A stretch of DNA of 64,000 nt from Glycera tridactyla (lineage: Eukaryota): positions 89,094,001-89,158,000 of the forward strand of contig OZ286460.1 in the NCBI GenBank assembly GCA_965644265.1, written 5' to 3'. Shown here one piece after another: positions 36,195 to 51,500 of the stretch. The translations under genes were made by a program, and so were the position numbers. The notes under the pieces are model-generated. The model had not been told where the DNA came from and did no database searches. It saw only the letters and a program-made list of their open reading frames with translations. Within the stretch, counting starts at the first letter, position 1, and each line of letters begins with the position of its first letter.

Positions 36195-39100
36195 ATGGCG
36201 GCTGTCCACCACCACTCTTTCCGAGTCCCAGGTTCGTCATCACGAGTTCGCCCAGCCTGCAATGGGTCCCTGGTAGCACTGCCAACAACACGGAATAATG
36301 TCGGCATTTGGAGCCTGCAGGATCTCACTTCCAAGGTGAGCAAATACTTTCCCAGTATGATAGCAGGAATGTTATGTACTATTCTACTGATCTGCAAATT
36401 TCCATGTTTTTAGTGCAAGCGTAGCCAGTCATAGCGTGCTGAATATTTTGGTCTTTTGATCATGAAGTCAGCCTATGATAAGTGAAGATGGAGCACACAT
36501 ATGCAAATGGTCTGACACATCTGTCACTTTGATGGTCTTGTTTCTCTAGTTTGCATTCATATGAGTCTGCATGGTTCAAAACCCCTTTGATGGTCAAGTT
36601 ACTGCTTAGTCCCAGAATGTAGTACTCTTTCCGGTTTTCTGCATCTTAGTCCCAGATGCTTTGGTCATACTTGACATTTACTGGAATCCAGTGGATGCAC
36701 CAAGTGTTCCTCCGTTTTCAGTGAGACATATTCAAATTCTGGTAAGATAAATCGAACTCAGCTAACCTTTTGATCTACACTTCGTTAGTAAAATAGCAAG
36801 CATCGATGAATTCTTGTGCTATTAGTTCTGATTTTGTCTCTTTTACATTTACTCATAATCAGGCTTTTAGATGGTTTAGGAAATTTATCATTTCCGCCAA
36901 TGTGATTGGAGCTTTTCGAGCTACGCTAATGACCAAATCTGTAGACATGGTATGATTACATATTCAATTTTTTCACAGTGTTTTCAGCAGGAATTCTAAA
37001 TAAACATCACATATCCACTCTGAATGAGATGAAGGGAACATTTTATAGTCAAAAATCAAGAATTTCAGCCACTCAGTCAGAGTTGAGTGAGCTTACCCCT
37101 AAAGCCTCTAGCTCCAAAGACTCAAGTGCACATGAATGTCTAGAAGCATGGTTCTTGGGTTCAGCTTGAATGATCAGATCTGGTTATACAGTACCCATAA
37201 CGCCATTGATTCAAAAAATGTTCTTTTCGAAGCATTCTCTCGATAATGTGGTAGCTAGTGCACGGCTCAATTTAACATTATCTCCACTTGCTAAGTTGTG
37301 AACAAGGCATACTTGAGAAAGAAAAAACCCATGATAGAGGCCACAAACCTACTAAGGCCACCTAATCTCAACAGATTTTTTATGTTCTTTGTATTTCATT
37401 AATTTTCAGCCATTGGAGTTGGTGGGTCACAGGCAGGCTATCTCTGCCGTCAGTTTCAGCAAGCGTGGACTTCCCGTCTTGATATGCACTGCAGCATATG
37501 ATTATGTGATAGTTTGGAATGTGGAGAAAGTGAGAAATGCCTCCGAGGCAGGTCAGTAGATACACAAAACTATTATCGAGTTGCCTTATGAAGCAAATGA
37601 TAAGATTATACTTTCAGCTTGCATGATATGAGGAAAAACTAGTTTCAGTGTATGGATGGAGTATCACCTTGTGAAATGATCAAGTTGAAGTCTCCTCCCA
37701 TAAGATTTCCAGATTTCCCAAGAAAAAATGGCAAACCAGCTGTGCTTCAATTAAAAAGGAGTTGCAGGGCTGATCCTAGGATCCAGGCTTCCTGCATTCA
37801 ATTTGTATGGATCATGGAAGTCAGTAAAGGTAATATTGGAATTATTGCAGAGGATTGTTGATTTATCATTAGATTGAAGGTGGAGCTGAACCAAAGACTG
37901 TTGATTTGTTGATGCCTTGACAAAAGATTATTGACTAGCCGTTCACACAGAGAATCAAACACATGTTTGACTGTCACTCTTCACAAGAATTGGCATTATT
38001 GACATTATCATCATTTTCCCACACTGTGAGGTGAGAGGCTATACAAATTATGGCTGTCTGTCCCTCCAAATGGTAGTCAGATTGGTTGAGAGGTGTTCAG
38101 CGATCCTGTGAAGTTTAAATCATGATGCTATCATAATTCACTGTGAACTCCCAGATGAGGCTCAGAACTGATCAGCATCGAGTCAGGGTTCAGGGTTTAT
38201 TATTTGCAAAATGCTGGCCTATGATTGGTTCACAGGTTTCTGCTCATTATCTCCTTGAGTTTCCAATCTATTGCTCCCATGTCTGGTGAATTTTATCCAA
38301 GTTACTCTCAGTAGTGGTTGGTGTTGAGTGGTTATTGGCATGCTATGCAGCATACATAAACTTTTGTATTGATACAAGCTGTTAAGCTCCGACCAGTCAA
38401 TCAATCAATCACATGTGAATCTCATCGAATAGGTCGTCACTCATATTTTGTACTTGCATGGTATTTAAGCATTTCTACATGAGTTCCAATTGAATGGAAA
38501 ATGTATTTTCGGCTTTCAGGTCACCCAGTTCGAGGGCAGGTGGTGGGAACCTCTCTGGGCCATGTACAGCACTGTGCCTTCAGCTGTGATGATCAGCGTC
38601 TTGCAGTCTGTGTGGATAGGGAAGTGCTCATTCTTGATTCAAAAGTAAGCATTCATTCATATTCGGCATATATATTCATATTCTTCTCCTTGGGGATAGA
38701 ACAAGGGGTTTTCATCATGATGCAATAATTATATATTCCATGATATGCCATTCACCANNNNNNNNNNNNNNNNNNNNNNNNNNNNNNNNNNNNNNNNNNN
38801 NNNNNNNNNNNNNNNNNNNNNNNNNNNNNNNNNNNNNNNNNNNNNNNNNNNNNNNNNNNNNNNNNNNNNNNNNNNNNNNNNNNNNNNNNNNNNNNNNNNN
38901 NNNNNNNNNNNNNNNNNNNNNNNNNNNNNNNNNNNNNNNNNNNNNNNNNNNNNNNNNNNNNNNNNNNNNNNNNNNNNTTTGTATAATGAAGTACTGTATG
39001 TGTGAGTGTGTGTGTGTGGGGGGGGGGGGGGGGGGCAAGCTGGTGAAGCATGTGTGTGTGGATCACCTGAATTCTGATGACATCTGACGTGATCTGGAGT

Positions 39101-39546
39101 ATTTGAGGTGACCTGGAAATGTACGGATATCTTTGACCATGCTTCTGCTATTTATGGCTTTTACATCTAATTGATCTGATTGATCAGTTATCAGGGAAAG
39201 GGTGGGGCTGGGGGTGGATGATTGTTGGGGTGGGTCCTGTGGTGGGTGTGGCGGAGGGGGAGGGGCAGGGGTTTGGTGCAGGGACAGGGTCGGGGGGTGC
39301 TGGTGGGGGGATTGGTTGGTGTGGGTCCAGGGGTGGGGGGGGGGGGGTAAGGGCCAGGGATGGGTGGCAGTAGGGGTGGGGGGGGGGGGAAGATGGGTGG
39401 GGGTGGGCTGCAGATATTGGGGTGGGTGTGTGTGTGAAGGGAAGGGTGGGGTTGAGTGATTGGTGGGGTGGGTCTGGGGGTGGGGGGAGGTTGGGCCTGG
39501 GGTGGGGGAGATGGGTGGGTGAGTGGGGGAAAGGTGGGGTGGTGGG

Positions 39547-39598
<52 letters not shown>

Positions 39599-42500
39599 GC
39601 GGCGTGCATGCGAGCCTTTTGTGCATTTATGCCTTGTCTTGTCTTTAGGAGGAGCGGCTTGACATGACCTTGGAAGGTCACACATCTCGGGTGAACTGCG
39701 CTGAATTCTGTCCCCATTACACAGCCACCCTTGTCTCAGCTTCGGAGGACCGCACATTCAAGGTACAGTCAAACCTGCATCAAGGATGCCCTGTACCAAT
39801 AAAATAATCCGTTATGAAGGGAATAGATTTGTCCATTCCCTATTTTGTTGTTTATTCCTAGAGAATATTCTCACTCGGACCTGCTCAAGGCATGTATGTC
39901 TGTGTCTTCCTTTGGCTTCAAGTTATGGATGGTTGTCCATGTGACTGCATTTGACTTCTCCATGTACCACATGTTGTGAGGGATGCCAATTTTCTAAAAA
40001 AGAGTCTAAAAATTTGATGAAAGATTGAAATTAAAATGTTGCTGCAATAGGGCTTGATATTTCATACTTTTGAGAATATGCAAGGGAGGTATCATTTAAT
40101 AGAAGATATGATGATGTTTCCAAAAAATATGCTTCATCGCATTGACATTGCCTATTGGATAGACCATGAAATGTTTATACCATTTTTTGTAGGTGTGGGA
40201 CCTGAGTGAAGGATGTCTGGTGTATCAGTCAGCCATCATCAGTTCTGCGCCGTTCATCTCATTAACAATGGACTTGCTGCAGCAGAGCTTTGCCCTTGGC
40301 ACCACAGATGGACAGGTGAATATCATCTAGTGAAAACTCGCATTAAGGCATGACTTTAAATGTCACCAAAAAGCAGTCCACTATCCCATATATGATTATA
40401 TGAGTTCTGGGTGTGAATAGATACCAAAACGGGGCAGATGACTTTCAACAGAAGGTTCCATTCTTTGACTTGAATGGCTGATAGCTGGTATGTGGGCAAT
40501 ATAACATGAAGTTACAATAGTAGTACTTCATCACCAAAATTGTGGATTGTGGTGTAATGACGACCAAGAATACCCCTACCAATGCTGATATCTGCTCTAG
40601 CTCCCCTGTGGTAAGCGTATTACTCATCACCTGCTCTGGGTTGATTGAATTTGAAGGAAATAGTCTCAGTTTGCTCTCTGGCTTTGATGCCTCATCCACA
40701 TACCCATACACTAAATGACCCATTTTATTTGTATATTGGTAAGTGTGACACTGTGATGCTGATAGTCTTCTACAGTCTCAGTCTCATGATGTTACTTACA
40801 TTCCTCTGTAAGTCTATTTTAGTGGGGGCATCCCACAGCAGCATTTGAAAATATGGATAATAATATTATGGAAAACTCAAAAAAATATTAGGGTGGTCAT
40901 GTTTTTCATTTTGTTAATGGGAGAAAGATGGTGATAGATACAAGTTGAATTTTAGGTTCGCGTTTATGACCTGACTGATGGGAATGGCTTCCGGTGTCTT
41001 CATCATTTCAATGTACAGAAACTGCTGAATAAACTTAAAGATTTCAAAGAAGGTCGTGCAAGAGAAGAGGCTGCTATGGCAAAAGGTAGGTGGATCTGAT
41101 GAAAATCCATATATTGTTTAGCATGCTACTCTTGCTATTGACACATATTCATAAAAACTGGCATGGTCTGTCTCGATTATGAAATCATAACAAATTTATA
41201 AGTACAATTGATGAATATATGAATATATTCTGAGTCATGTATACTTGCTATTCACGCATATTCATGAAAATTGGCATGGTCTGTCTCGATTATGAAATCA
41301 TAACAAATTTCTAAGTACAATTGATGAATATATGAATATATTCTGAGTCATTTATACTTGCTATTCACACATATTCATAAAACTGGCATGGTCTGTCTCT
41401 ATTATGAAATCATAACAAATTTATAAGTACAATTGATGAATACATGAATATATTCTGAGTCATATATGAATGTTTTCAGCAGATTCCACTTTCCCTGTGT
41501 ACAGAGTACAGTAAAACCTGTCTTGGGAGGCCGCCCCAAACGCTAACAAAAAGCGGTCTCTCAAGACAGGTGGTCCCTCATCGGAGGTATATTTGACTAT
41601 GTCAAATAGAGAAGAGCTGATAGAGAGCAGTCTCCCATTAGAGGGTGGTCTCCCAAAAGAGGGGTCTCCCAAGACAGGTCTCACTGTACTAGTAACTGTA
41701 AGGGTAGCTGAAGAATCCACTTCACCGGACAATCACCTGCTGAAAAAAATATTGAACCCTGGATTTTTTGGTCAAACTGGCCATCAGGTGATTACAATAC
41801 TATTCAAATGACACTATTTCTGTTGCTGATGACCCAGACACAGAGGAACCAGCCATGTGAGATTACTTTTTCATACCTCTATTGTGGCGCAAATCTGTCA
41901 GAAAGGGAGCTCTAGTAGTTTGCAAAATGACCACCAAGATGCTCAGTACTTCCAGAGATCACATGGATTGCTTGATTGAGTTGAGCCTAACATCTCTTCA
42001 ACCCAGCCAGGATTATTCGAGACAGATCACATGGAATCTCATGATCAGTGCCAATTATTGTGAGTCTATAGTGAGCAATACACTCATTTGCAGAACTATC
42101 ACATCAAGCTTATAGTGCTGCATATCGGAAATGAATAAATAAATCCCACCATTTATGAGGCAGTCATCTAAATAACTTCTGGAGATGTCAAAGGAAAAAC
42201 AGTGGAAAATTTTTTTATGATGATTTATTGGAGTGCTAATTTGATTCAGGTCCAGTGACTGTGAGTAGTCGGCCAGCATGGCAGAGGGGTGACATAGTGA
42301 AGTCTCTATCTCTGGATGACCTTGAACAAGTGGATGAGATTGAAATGGATATTGCCATACTGGATGTGATGTATACCTATCCCATGGCTGTCGGCCGAGT
42401 TCGAACCCCAACACCGGCCAAACTCACCTTCTTACAACAGGATGAATCCATCATCAGGTAGGGAGATTATACATACAGATCAACATATAGCTGTTTGTAT

Positions 42501-45500
42501 CTATGAATGAGTGTTTGTCTCAACTCACAAGCTTCCCTGTTGATAGTTTCCAAGGATGAATGTAGTCAAGTGTGCATGGTGATGATACACATTTTACTTC
42601 ATAACATTCATGGTCAGTTGCAGAGAATTGATGATGTCTTTCATTCACCAGTAATGCTGGTTTTCAGAAAGAATGCTGATTTCAGGAAATTTGTCACAAA
42701 TTCAAAATCCAAATATTACTAGAATCAGGCCGTAAGTTACAAATCTTTTGCTTTTTGAGTTATACTTTGGTGATTGCAGGATATCTGGTTAAGTTTCAGG
42801 AAATTCTGTCCTGGTGCAGTGGCATTACTGATTCATGAATATACATTTCTACTATGTCCAGTCAACAAGGAATATGCTGTTATATAGAAAGCTATGGGCA
42901 ACAGTAGGACTTCTGTCAAGTGAAAAAAAGTTGCAAAAATGCGGAACTGGTCATAGATGATGCTGTGACTGATCTGTGTGTCATCCCACTGGTAAATCAC
43001 GGGAAATAATCCTCTATGTTGCTCATCTTTCAGGGTTTCAAGTCAGTCAAAAAAATTGTTGTCTCACATATCACCTTCAGATTTATCCTGGTCACTTTTA
43101 AGAAATGAAGTATACCTTGCAGCTCTCATTTGGAGTATAACAAGTGATCTTGGAAATTAAATTCAGGGCTTGACATGAAGGGTCATCCTGTCTGGGTCAA
43201 ATAGATTTGCCTTAGAGCAAGATCCCCATGCGTGCATGCTGGCATGAGAAGTAGTTGCAGGGGTGTATGAACACTTGAAATAGGTGGGATAACAACATTC
43301 ACTGTATGGACAAGTTTGTCTGGGTGAGCATTTGCCCCTATGAAGCGAGGAAGCTGCATATAACATTAAACAGTGTATGAATTATGTACTTTGTGACTTG
43401 AGGATTCATCTTACCTTTTCAGCTACTGTCTCTTCCATTCAGGACTTGCACTCCTTTCTTCCAGTGCCCATAACCCATTTGTCTCATCCTATCCAGTGAG
43501 GGATGGGCTTCTGATTGTTTCCATTTCATCTAGTTGCACTTGATCATTGTGGAATAAATACAGTATCTGAACTTTCAGTGATCTCTTGGGTAATGTGCCG
43601 ATGTTGGTTGTGGCCACGACTGCTGCAGTTGTACAAGTGAATGCAAGAACTCTGGAACCATGTAGTTATCTGAGTCTTCAAGGTATGTATTCCACTATAT
43701 GCATATTTGTCATTAAATCTTGACACCCTCTTATCGTGCCTCAGTTGCACTTGTCACAGTAAAAGTAGTGATTTGAGATGGCTGCTATGCACACTATAGG
43801 CTTTGCTTGTGTACGCAAAACCTTGCAGGGCACACAACTGATTTTGTAACTGAAAATTTGTCCCAGCAATGTTGCTGCTGCTCCATCATGGGGTTTGATA
43901 TGTTCATTTGAGATTGGTAGAGATTTGTCTGAATTGTCAGCTACTTCCACTTGATAGCATTTCTGGTTCCCCATCATCTTGTGTTTTGGGGTTGTGTTAG
44001 TGATGTCTGCGGGGGAGAGAACATCTTGCCTTCATTGACCAGTATCTTATGGCATACATAATCATCATTCTCTGGGCTGATACCTGCCATCGGGGGGCAA
44101 ACTAATTGCCATACAAAAGACTAATTCGATCAGTTCATGTCTGCAATTCCAAATGTATACAGTCGAACCTCCCCTGAAGACCGCCTCTCTATAAAGTCCA
44201 CCTCCCTAAAGACCACCTCCCTATAAAGACCACCCTGAACTGCAACTGTGGTAGTATTTTCGACAGTAAATGACCTCTCTATAAAGACCATCTCCCTATA
44301 AAGACCCCCTTTTGATGCGACCGAAGGCGGTCTTTATAGAGAGGTTCGACTGTACATCTTCCTCGAAATTGCTGGATCAAATTTTAAAAAATACCGAAGT
44401 TCCAGTAGGACTTTTTCAAGGATGAATGAGCCAATTGAAGAAGTATGTCATCAGACCGCCTGATCACAAAGTTAGTTCCATAACAATCCAAACCAACAAA
44501 TTACAGGTGCCGGTTTGAAGTGGTTAGATGAACTAATCCCAATTGTGTTCTGTCTTGTAATTTTCTCAATTACATATACTGTATACTACTTCCATATATG
44601 TTTGTCCATCCATATATATAATNNNNNNNNNNNNNNNNNNNNNNNNNNNNNNNNNNNNNNNNNNNNNNNNNNNNNNNNNNNNNNNNNNNNNNNNNNNNNN
44701 NNNNNNNNNNNNNNNNNNNNNNNNNNNNNNNNNNNNNNNNNNNNNNNNNNNNNNNNNNNNNNNNNNNNNNNNNNNNNNNNNNNNNNNNNNNNNNNNNNNN
44801 NNNNNNNNNNNNNNNNGGATGAAGTATGAGTATGGGGCAGGCTAGTAACCATCCTTTCTTCGGGAATCCAGTGCTGCGTTGCCCATCCGTGCGACATGTG
44901 TGGACCACCAGAATTCTGATGATGTTACAGTTTGGCCAACCGCTATTGATTCTGATGCATTGAACAAATGTTGAGCAATCACCATAATTTATGCCAGCAT
45001 TGTATGTGCTATAGTGTGATTATTTCATTCTTTTACAGGAGCAGTGCCCTCTATAGATATTCTGGAGGAAGCTGGCAAGACCCTGTCTCTTGCAGGATCA
45101 GCTGTCCTCACACAGAATGTTGACGGGGATGAGGTGAGTGGAAGTGATTTCCTATGTCTTCATTGTGAATGATCGTCATTTTTTGGCACGCATGCGGAGC
45201 AAAATGCGTGTCTATGTAATGGCGCAGATTCCGTCTGTCCGGCCGTCCGGCCGTCCGGCCGTCCGGCCGTGCGGCCGTTTGGCCGTGTGGCGTAAACTTC
45301 CTGGTTAAAGTTTTTGGTTAAAGTTTTTCTTTGAGCTACTACTCTGTAACTAATCAAGCAATATTGCTGAAATTTTGCAATCATAAAGATCATGAGCGGC
45401 AGAATACTGGGTATCCATATTGTTCCAATGACTTTCATGGAAGATGAGTTATTCAGGCTGGAATCCTGAATTTTAAAGCAACTTTCTACCAGCAGAATAG

Positions 45501-48500
45501 GAAAGAGTGGACTATGTGATGTCTATTACCGAGGCTGTTATGTAATGACACTGCCGGTCCTCTGAATGGAGTCTTGTCACATTTCGTCCTCGGTTATATA
45601 ACTGTCTTTGCACCAAGTGGAGTCTCTTCACATATCAGCAGAGCTGTCTGATCTCTTGATTAAACTGTGGTGGGCAGGGCAGGGGGTGGGGGCAGCAGCG
45701 AGTGGCCATGGGATGGGGTGGGGGGGGGGGGGCGGTGGCAGTTGTAGCAGGAGTGATTGCACCTGGGTTGGAGGGGGGGCTAGGACAGTGAGAGGGGCAA
45801 TGGCAGGGGCGGAAGGAGCCTATCAAATGCCTTTGACCTTGACCTTCATTTTCAAGGTCATGACCTTGACTTTGAAATCTTCAAGCTACATCCATCAAAT
45901 TTTGCCAGATATGCACCGATGAATGGGGGACAATCCCATCGGATGTGGTTGACCTCCACTTTCACCTTCAAGGTCATGACCTTGACATTCAAAATAATTT
46001 GTTACTCCAATAACATGAGAACGCTTGGAGCTACATTCACCAGATTTACACCATATATGCACCACTGAAAGCAAAAGAAGCCTATCAAATGTCAGTGACC
46101 TTGACCTTCATCTTTCAGGTCATGTCCTTGTTACTGCAATTACTTGCGAATGCTTGGAGCAAAAGATTATGCTTGCTAGATTCAGCTGCTTGGATGAATT
46201 AGCGGCGCACATGCGTGCCATTTGTGCATTTATGCCTTGTTATGACAGGCATTAGTTGACATTCTTAGGCTTTTTACCTAGCTTTGAAAAATAGTTCCAT
46301 GATTCTCGTTCGTACATTCATATTTCTGTACATCTGTCTGGTCATATTTCTTTCAGTAACTTTTGGTTGGCAGGTCATAACTTTGACCTATGTAAAATTG
46401 TATTTTCCACAATAACTTCAGCTAGCATTGATGAATGTAGAGCAAACTGATGTGGAATAAATAACACAATGGCGGGACATTTTCCTTTCAATGCATGTGA
46501 CCCTAGGTCGGAGGTCAAGGTCGCATCGATAGGTATAAGGCAAACTGATATCAAATAATGACCCAATGCTGGGACATCTAACTCAGGATGCATGTGACTG
46601 TAGGTCTAAGGTCAAAGTCACAGGTGCCACCGGAGCTATTTCCATGATATTCACTTCCACTGTAGCTCTTGTGAGCCAAGACAGATTTGCATCAAACTGA
46701 TTTGGTTCACTGCACTGATAGCACTCCTTCCTCTAGTACCGCCAGTCTTAAATTGAGTAAATTGAGAATCAGCAAACCGAACAACAAAATTAGAATTTCC
46801 TGTATGGTGACTCTTTGTGCTCCTGTGTGTGGGATATCTTGCCCCTCTGTGGCCTTGTTAGAACTTGATATTTCGCATGCATTTGCTGTGAAACTGTTGT
46901 CTATAATGTCACTACTCAGGCCTGTAATAAAGTGATTATACGAAAATGATAAACTTGTAGGTGTGGTGTATTCAGAGTAGTTTGTTTGGGAGTGATGTAT
47001 CCGTCCTGTCACTGAATCCACCGACGGAGTCTGACATGAATGAACTGAAGCTCTCATTGACCACCTCCAACCTGTCAATCAACCAGCCTGCAAGTCCATC
47101 CGCAGAATCCGACACTCCACTCCAGGATGATGCACCAATCACAGTCCTCTCAAGGTAGGCGGGGAATTGATGCCTCAAATGTTGCATCTACAGGGAGTGG
47201 GCCAATTGACACACATATATGATTGACCTCTGGGAAGATGTTTGTAAGAGGGGGGCCTGCAGTCTAACAGAAGAAAAACTGTCATTTTGTTCTGGCCACC
47301 TTCAGGGACTAGATGTATCTGCCACATTCAGTGCATAGGCCTGATAATAGAATACTGGCAGCTACTTTTTCCTCAATGCCATGTAAAATTGCACATCTTT
47401 TGGCTGTGAATAAATCACATCCCAGATCATGGTGGACAACTATTTGTGTTTGAGATCTGTGAGAGTGATGCTCGCAGAGGTCAAAGCATCTGTGTCTTAA
47501 GATCTGTAACACAATCCATGCCTAATCCCATAGTTTGAGATGCGGTATGAAGTCCCACTAGATAAATAAGTTCCCATGAACATTCTCATAATGATACGAT
47601 AGTCTCATACTGATACAATATATTCTGTGAACTGATTTTCAATGTCATTCATTCATGTGCTTGCAGTGCTGCACTCGAGGCTACTTCTCCTCTAAGAGCA
47701 GAGCTTACCTTGAAGCAACCACCGAAAAATAAGACCCCAGCTGGTCGACGCCGCATGCTTGGTGAGCAATCGTTGAATGACCAATTTATTTCAGCTGCAT
47801 CATCCCAATTTAAAGGATGTAATGGGTATGACGATGAGGGTTAGGGTGATGCCAAGGATAGTGATGGCATTCATTACAGATAATAATTTGTTTTGGCAGC
47901 TATGTGTGTACATAAAGATTTATATCATATGTTATGATGTACATTGAATCCTATGCCATTCTGAATATTCTCATATCTGTAACAAAATTCATGCTCCATT
48001 TCTACTTTGAGCATCGACTGAAGTCTTGTAACATACCGGTTCTCTTCCACCCATTCAGGTCCATATATGTTAGAAATCACAGCAGCTTTCATTATCTGAA
48101 TACCGATATCTAGATTGAAGAATTAAGATTTGAAAGCCATGAAAATTCATGCTCCATTTCTACTTTGAGCATCGACTGAAGTCTTGTAACATACCGGTTC
48201 TCTTCCACCCATTCAGGTCCATATATGTTAGAAATCACAGCAGCTTTCATTATCTGAATACCGATATCTAGATTGAAGAATTAAGATTTGAAAGCCACTC
48301 GAGTCATGGTGGGAATCTTGAATTAGATTCCTTTGCAAGTTTGTGATGGTATTTCCGGAAAATAAAACCACGGCCCTGAAAATATTGTCCCATTCCGGTG
48401 GGAGCAATAGATATACAGTAAAACCTGTCTTAAGAGACCGCCCTTAACGCCAACGAAAAGTGGTCTCTCAAGACAGGTGGTCTTTCATTGGAGGTATATT

Positions 48501-51500
48501 TGACTATGTCAGATAGAGGAGAGCCGATAAAAAGCAGTCTCCCATCAGAGGGTTGTCTCCCAAAAGAGGGGTCTCCCAAGACAGGTTTCACTGTACCATG
48601 GTAGTGGTAATTACCATGCAAAGAAGATCAAGATGTTTATTGTTTCATCAGATTAAGGGCATGAATGTCATGTTGACAGAGTGTGAAACATGGGTCTGAT
48701 TAGATATGGGAGCATATACAGAATATGCAGTCGAACCTGCTCTAAAGACCACCTCTCTATAAAGACCACCTGAGCTGCGACCGTGGAAAATCAACCTGCC
48801 CACCTGGAAAATCAACCTGCTTGAGACAGGTGGGCGACTATCTCTCCTCGCCTTGTGATGGATTGCAAAACACTATGTGTGATTTAGATGATTAACTGCA
48901 AACACTGTTGTTGTCACTTTCAGCAGGTGCAAGTGTAGGTCGTCGGGCAAGTGACGGATCAGTGGTGGATCAACCAGTTGTCTTCCGTGATAAAGTCAAG
49001 TCATCTGGGTATACGGTGAGCCCCAGGTGAATACAAATTTTAACAGATACAGTACCAAGAACACTTGCATAGTAATGAAACCCACATTGTCAAAGATAGA
49101 ACATCTGATCATATGCATTAAATCCTGTAGACTGTGCCATTTGGTTGATAAAGATTGATCCTGGTGAAGAAGATGATAATTTCTTTGTACACAAAAATTC
49201 TTCTCACAGTCTTGGTCCCCAGACGCTGAGAGCAAGTGGAAATCCCCACTCATTATTGACATAGAAGATGGTTGAGTCAATTTTCTGCCATTTATTATCA
49301 TTTAGTATGGTGGGAGAAACTTGATAAATTCAATGCATCCATTTGTATATCAGACTCGATGAAATATGTTTCAATGGATCATACTTGACAGAAATTGCTC
49401 TTATTATTGATAAGCATGTAGTCTCCATGTTTGATTTCCATCAAAATTCAACCAGCTGGATGTTTTACAATTCAGTTGAGACTGATTCTATTTTTCTGCA
49501 ATCGTCATCATCATCATCATAGAAATTGCTTTTTGGGATGCTCAAGAATACCAGAGATATCGCCATTCAACTCAGCCGTGCCTGTTGAAGTTTTTGAAGA
49601 TATCACTGAAAAACTCTACATTGAGAAATAATCACAATTTTTGAGAATCTTCAGTTTTACTTGTATCACACGGGTGCTTTTTTATGATGTGTCCCAAACA
49701 TTCTGTGCTGGTCTTTGGATTTGTTTGAACATTTCCTGTTCTGACATTTCAGAGCGACCATGTTTCAGCCAAAGACAAATGCAGCTACCAAAGATATTGT
49801 GAAAAAACCAACTGTACCAGCATCTCCAAGGTTGGTAACATGACCTTCATAAAGAACTATTTCATCATACACTTCATCTTCTCCTGGTATTTCAGGTCAC
49901 TGTGACTTCATCAACATGTCAGTATAGCAGGGATGTGACTATTTGATTGATTTCTGAAAATATTCAAAATCATATGCAGGGAAACCTCAAAGACTGGAAA
50001 CCTCCTGATCTGGGCCAATTATTTTTGGAGGTGCCCTCTATTTGAAATGATCAAACGTACCTCTGTTGAGAGGCCAAGTTATCTGAAAGACTGCTTTCTT
50101 GTCATATCCAGGCTCTTCTCCAGCACATGTTTCACTGTACACAGTAGGAGGACCATTGCATGCTGGGTATTCTCTCGTTTAGATGATGGAAATAAGTGTC
50201 ATCTAAAGTTGGACAAAGTGAAACCAAGTATTCATCATGGTGAAAGTATGCGATAGGATGTGCTGTTTCATTCAGGAAACTTTTTATGGAGATGACACAA
50301 TATCATTGATATTCCCCGGAATGTGATTTCAGTGTTGATCTCCATGCAACTCCTTTTTCATTCCTTCACCAACCTCCCCGAGTGTGGTCTTGATTGAACA
50401 AGTTTCAAATTCAGTTTTCGTTAAAATATTGAAATTGTGAGAAAATCACTCATTTGGTGGGGAAATCAGCTCACCTTTTAAGGTATTAATTTATATTTCA
50501 GTAAACCAGTGATACGTCAGTATCCTATGGATAGTGAGCCCCCAACTATACTGCACGCGAAACTGGATGTGGCTGAACGGCCCACTGCAATCAATTGTGC
50601 GAGGTTTTCAGGTGAGATCTCACTCATAACCATTCTTACATTGATTCATTACGTTATCATCCAAATGATCCATTAATTTTTTTTTTATTTCCTGCATTTT
50701 AAACCTCATAGTTCATTTGTCAGCTGTATCTCGCTGGTGATTTACAACACGGTGGGAAAGCATGGAAACATCTCTCGAAGTTGTGGGGCTGCACACTCTA
50801 GGCGATCAAACTTTTCACTGAATTTTTCTCATTCATTCAATCAAGTTCCACTCTTCTACCATTGAATCTCTACTGAACATCCAATATCAAATTTCAAAGT
50901 TTGATCTTGAGTGGTGTGAAGAAACATCTTGTTAAAATAATTCATTTTGCATTTCTATATTTTGCAGAAGATGGTCAGAACCTGGCTTGTGCTCTAGTCA
51001 ACACATCGGCACAAGTGTTCAAAATGCCACTTTCTGGGAAAGGGCTTGCATTCACAGGTATGTCACATCTAACATGATGATGAATGTGGTTGGTCCGAAG
51101 ATTAGGATATACAGTTGAACCTCTCTATAAAGTCCGCCTACAGTTGCATAAAAAGTGGCCTTTATCAGAAGGTGGTCTTTATAGAGAGGTCATTTACTAT
51201 AGAAAATACTACCATGGTTGCACCTCAGGGTGGTCTTTATAGAGTGGCAGTCTTCAGAGGAGGTTTGACTGTATATTTCTAAGGGAGGTAGATTGCTGTG
51301 CTGTGTAGTTATCTCCTGATAGTCAGAGGTGCCAATCATGAAAATGTTGGTGCAGTGATCACATTTTCAACCCAGATTTTAGTATCCTTTGCATAACATG
51401 TAGTTCGTTCAGTCATGTTATTGTTATAACAAACACCACCATCACACCTTTGGAATATTGGTATCATTGATGTATTTGTCCTTATAAGGATGGAAATGGA

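Noticed and set aside
43423-43495. Possible extra WDR27 exon after TTTTCAG
   Set aside because: It would end in phase 0, incompatible with the phase-2 start of 43579; the model is in frame without it.
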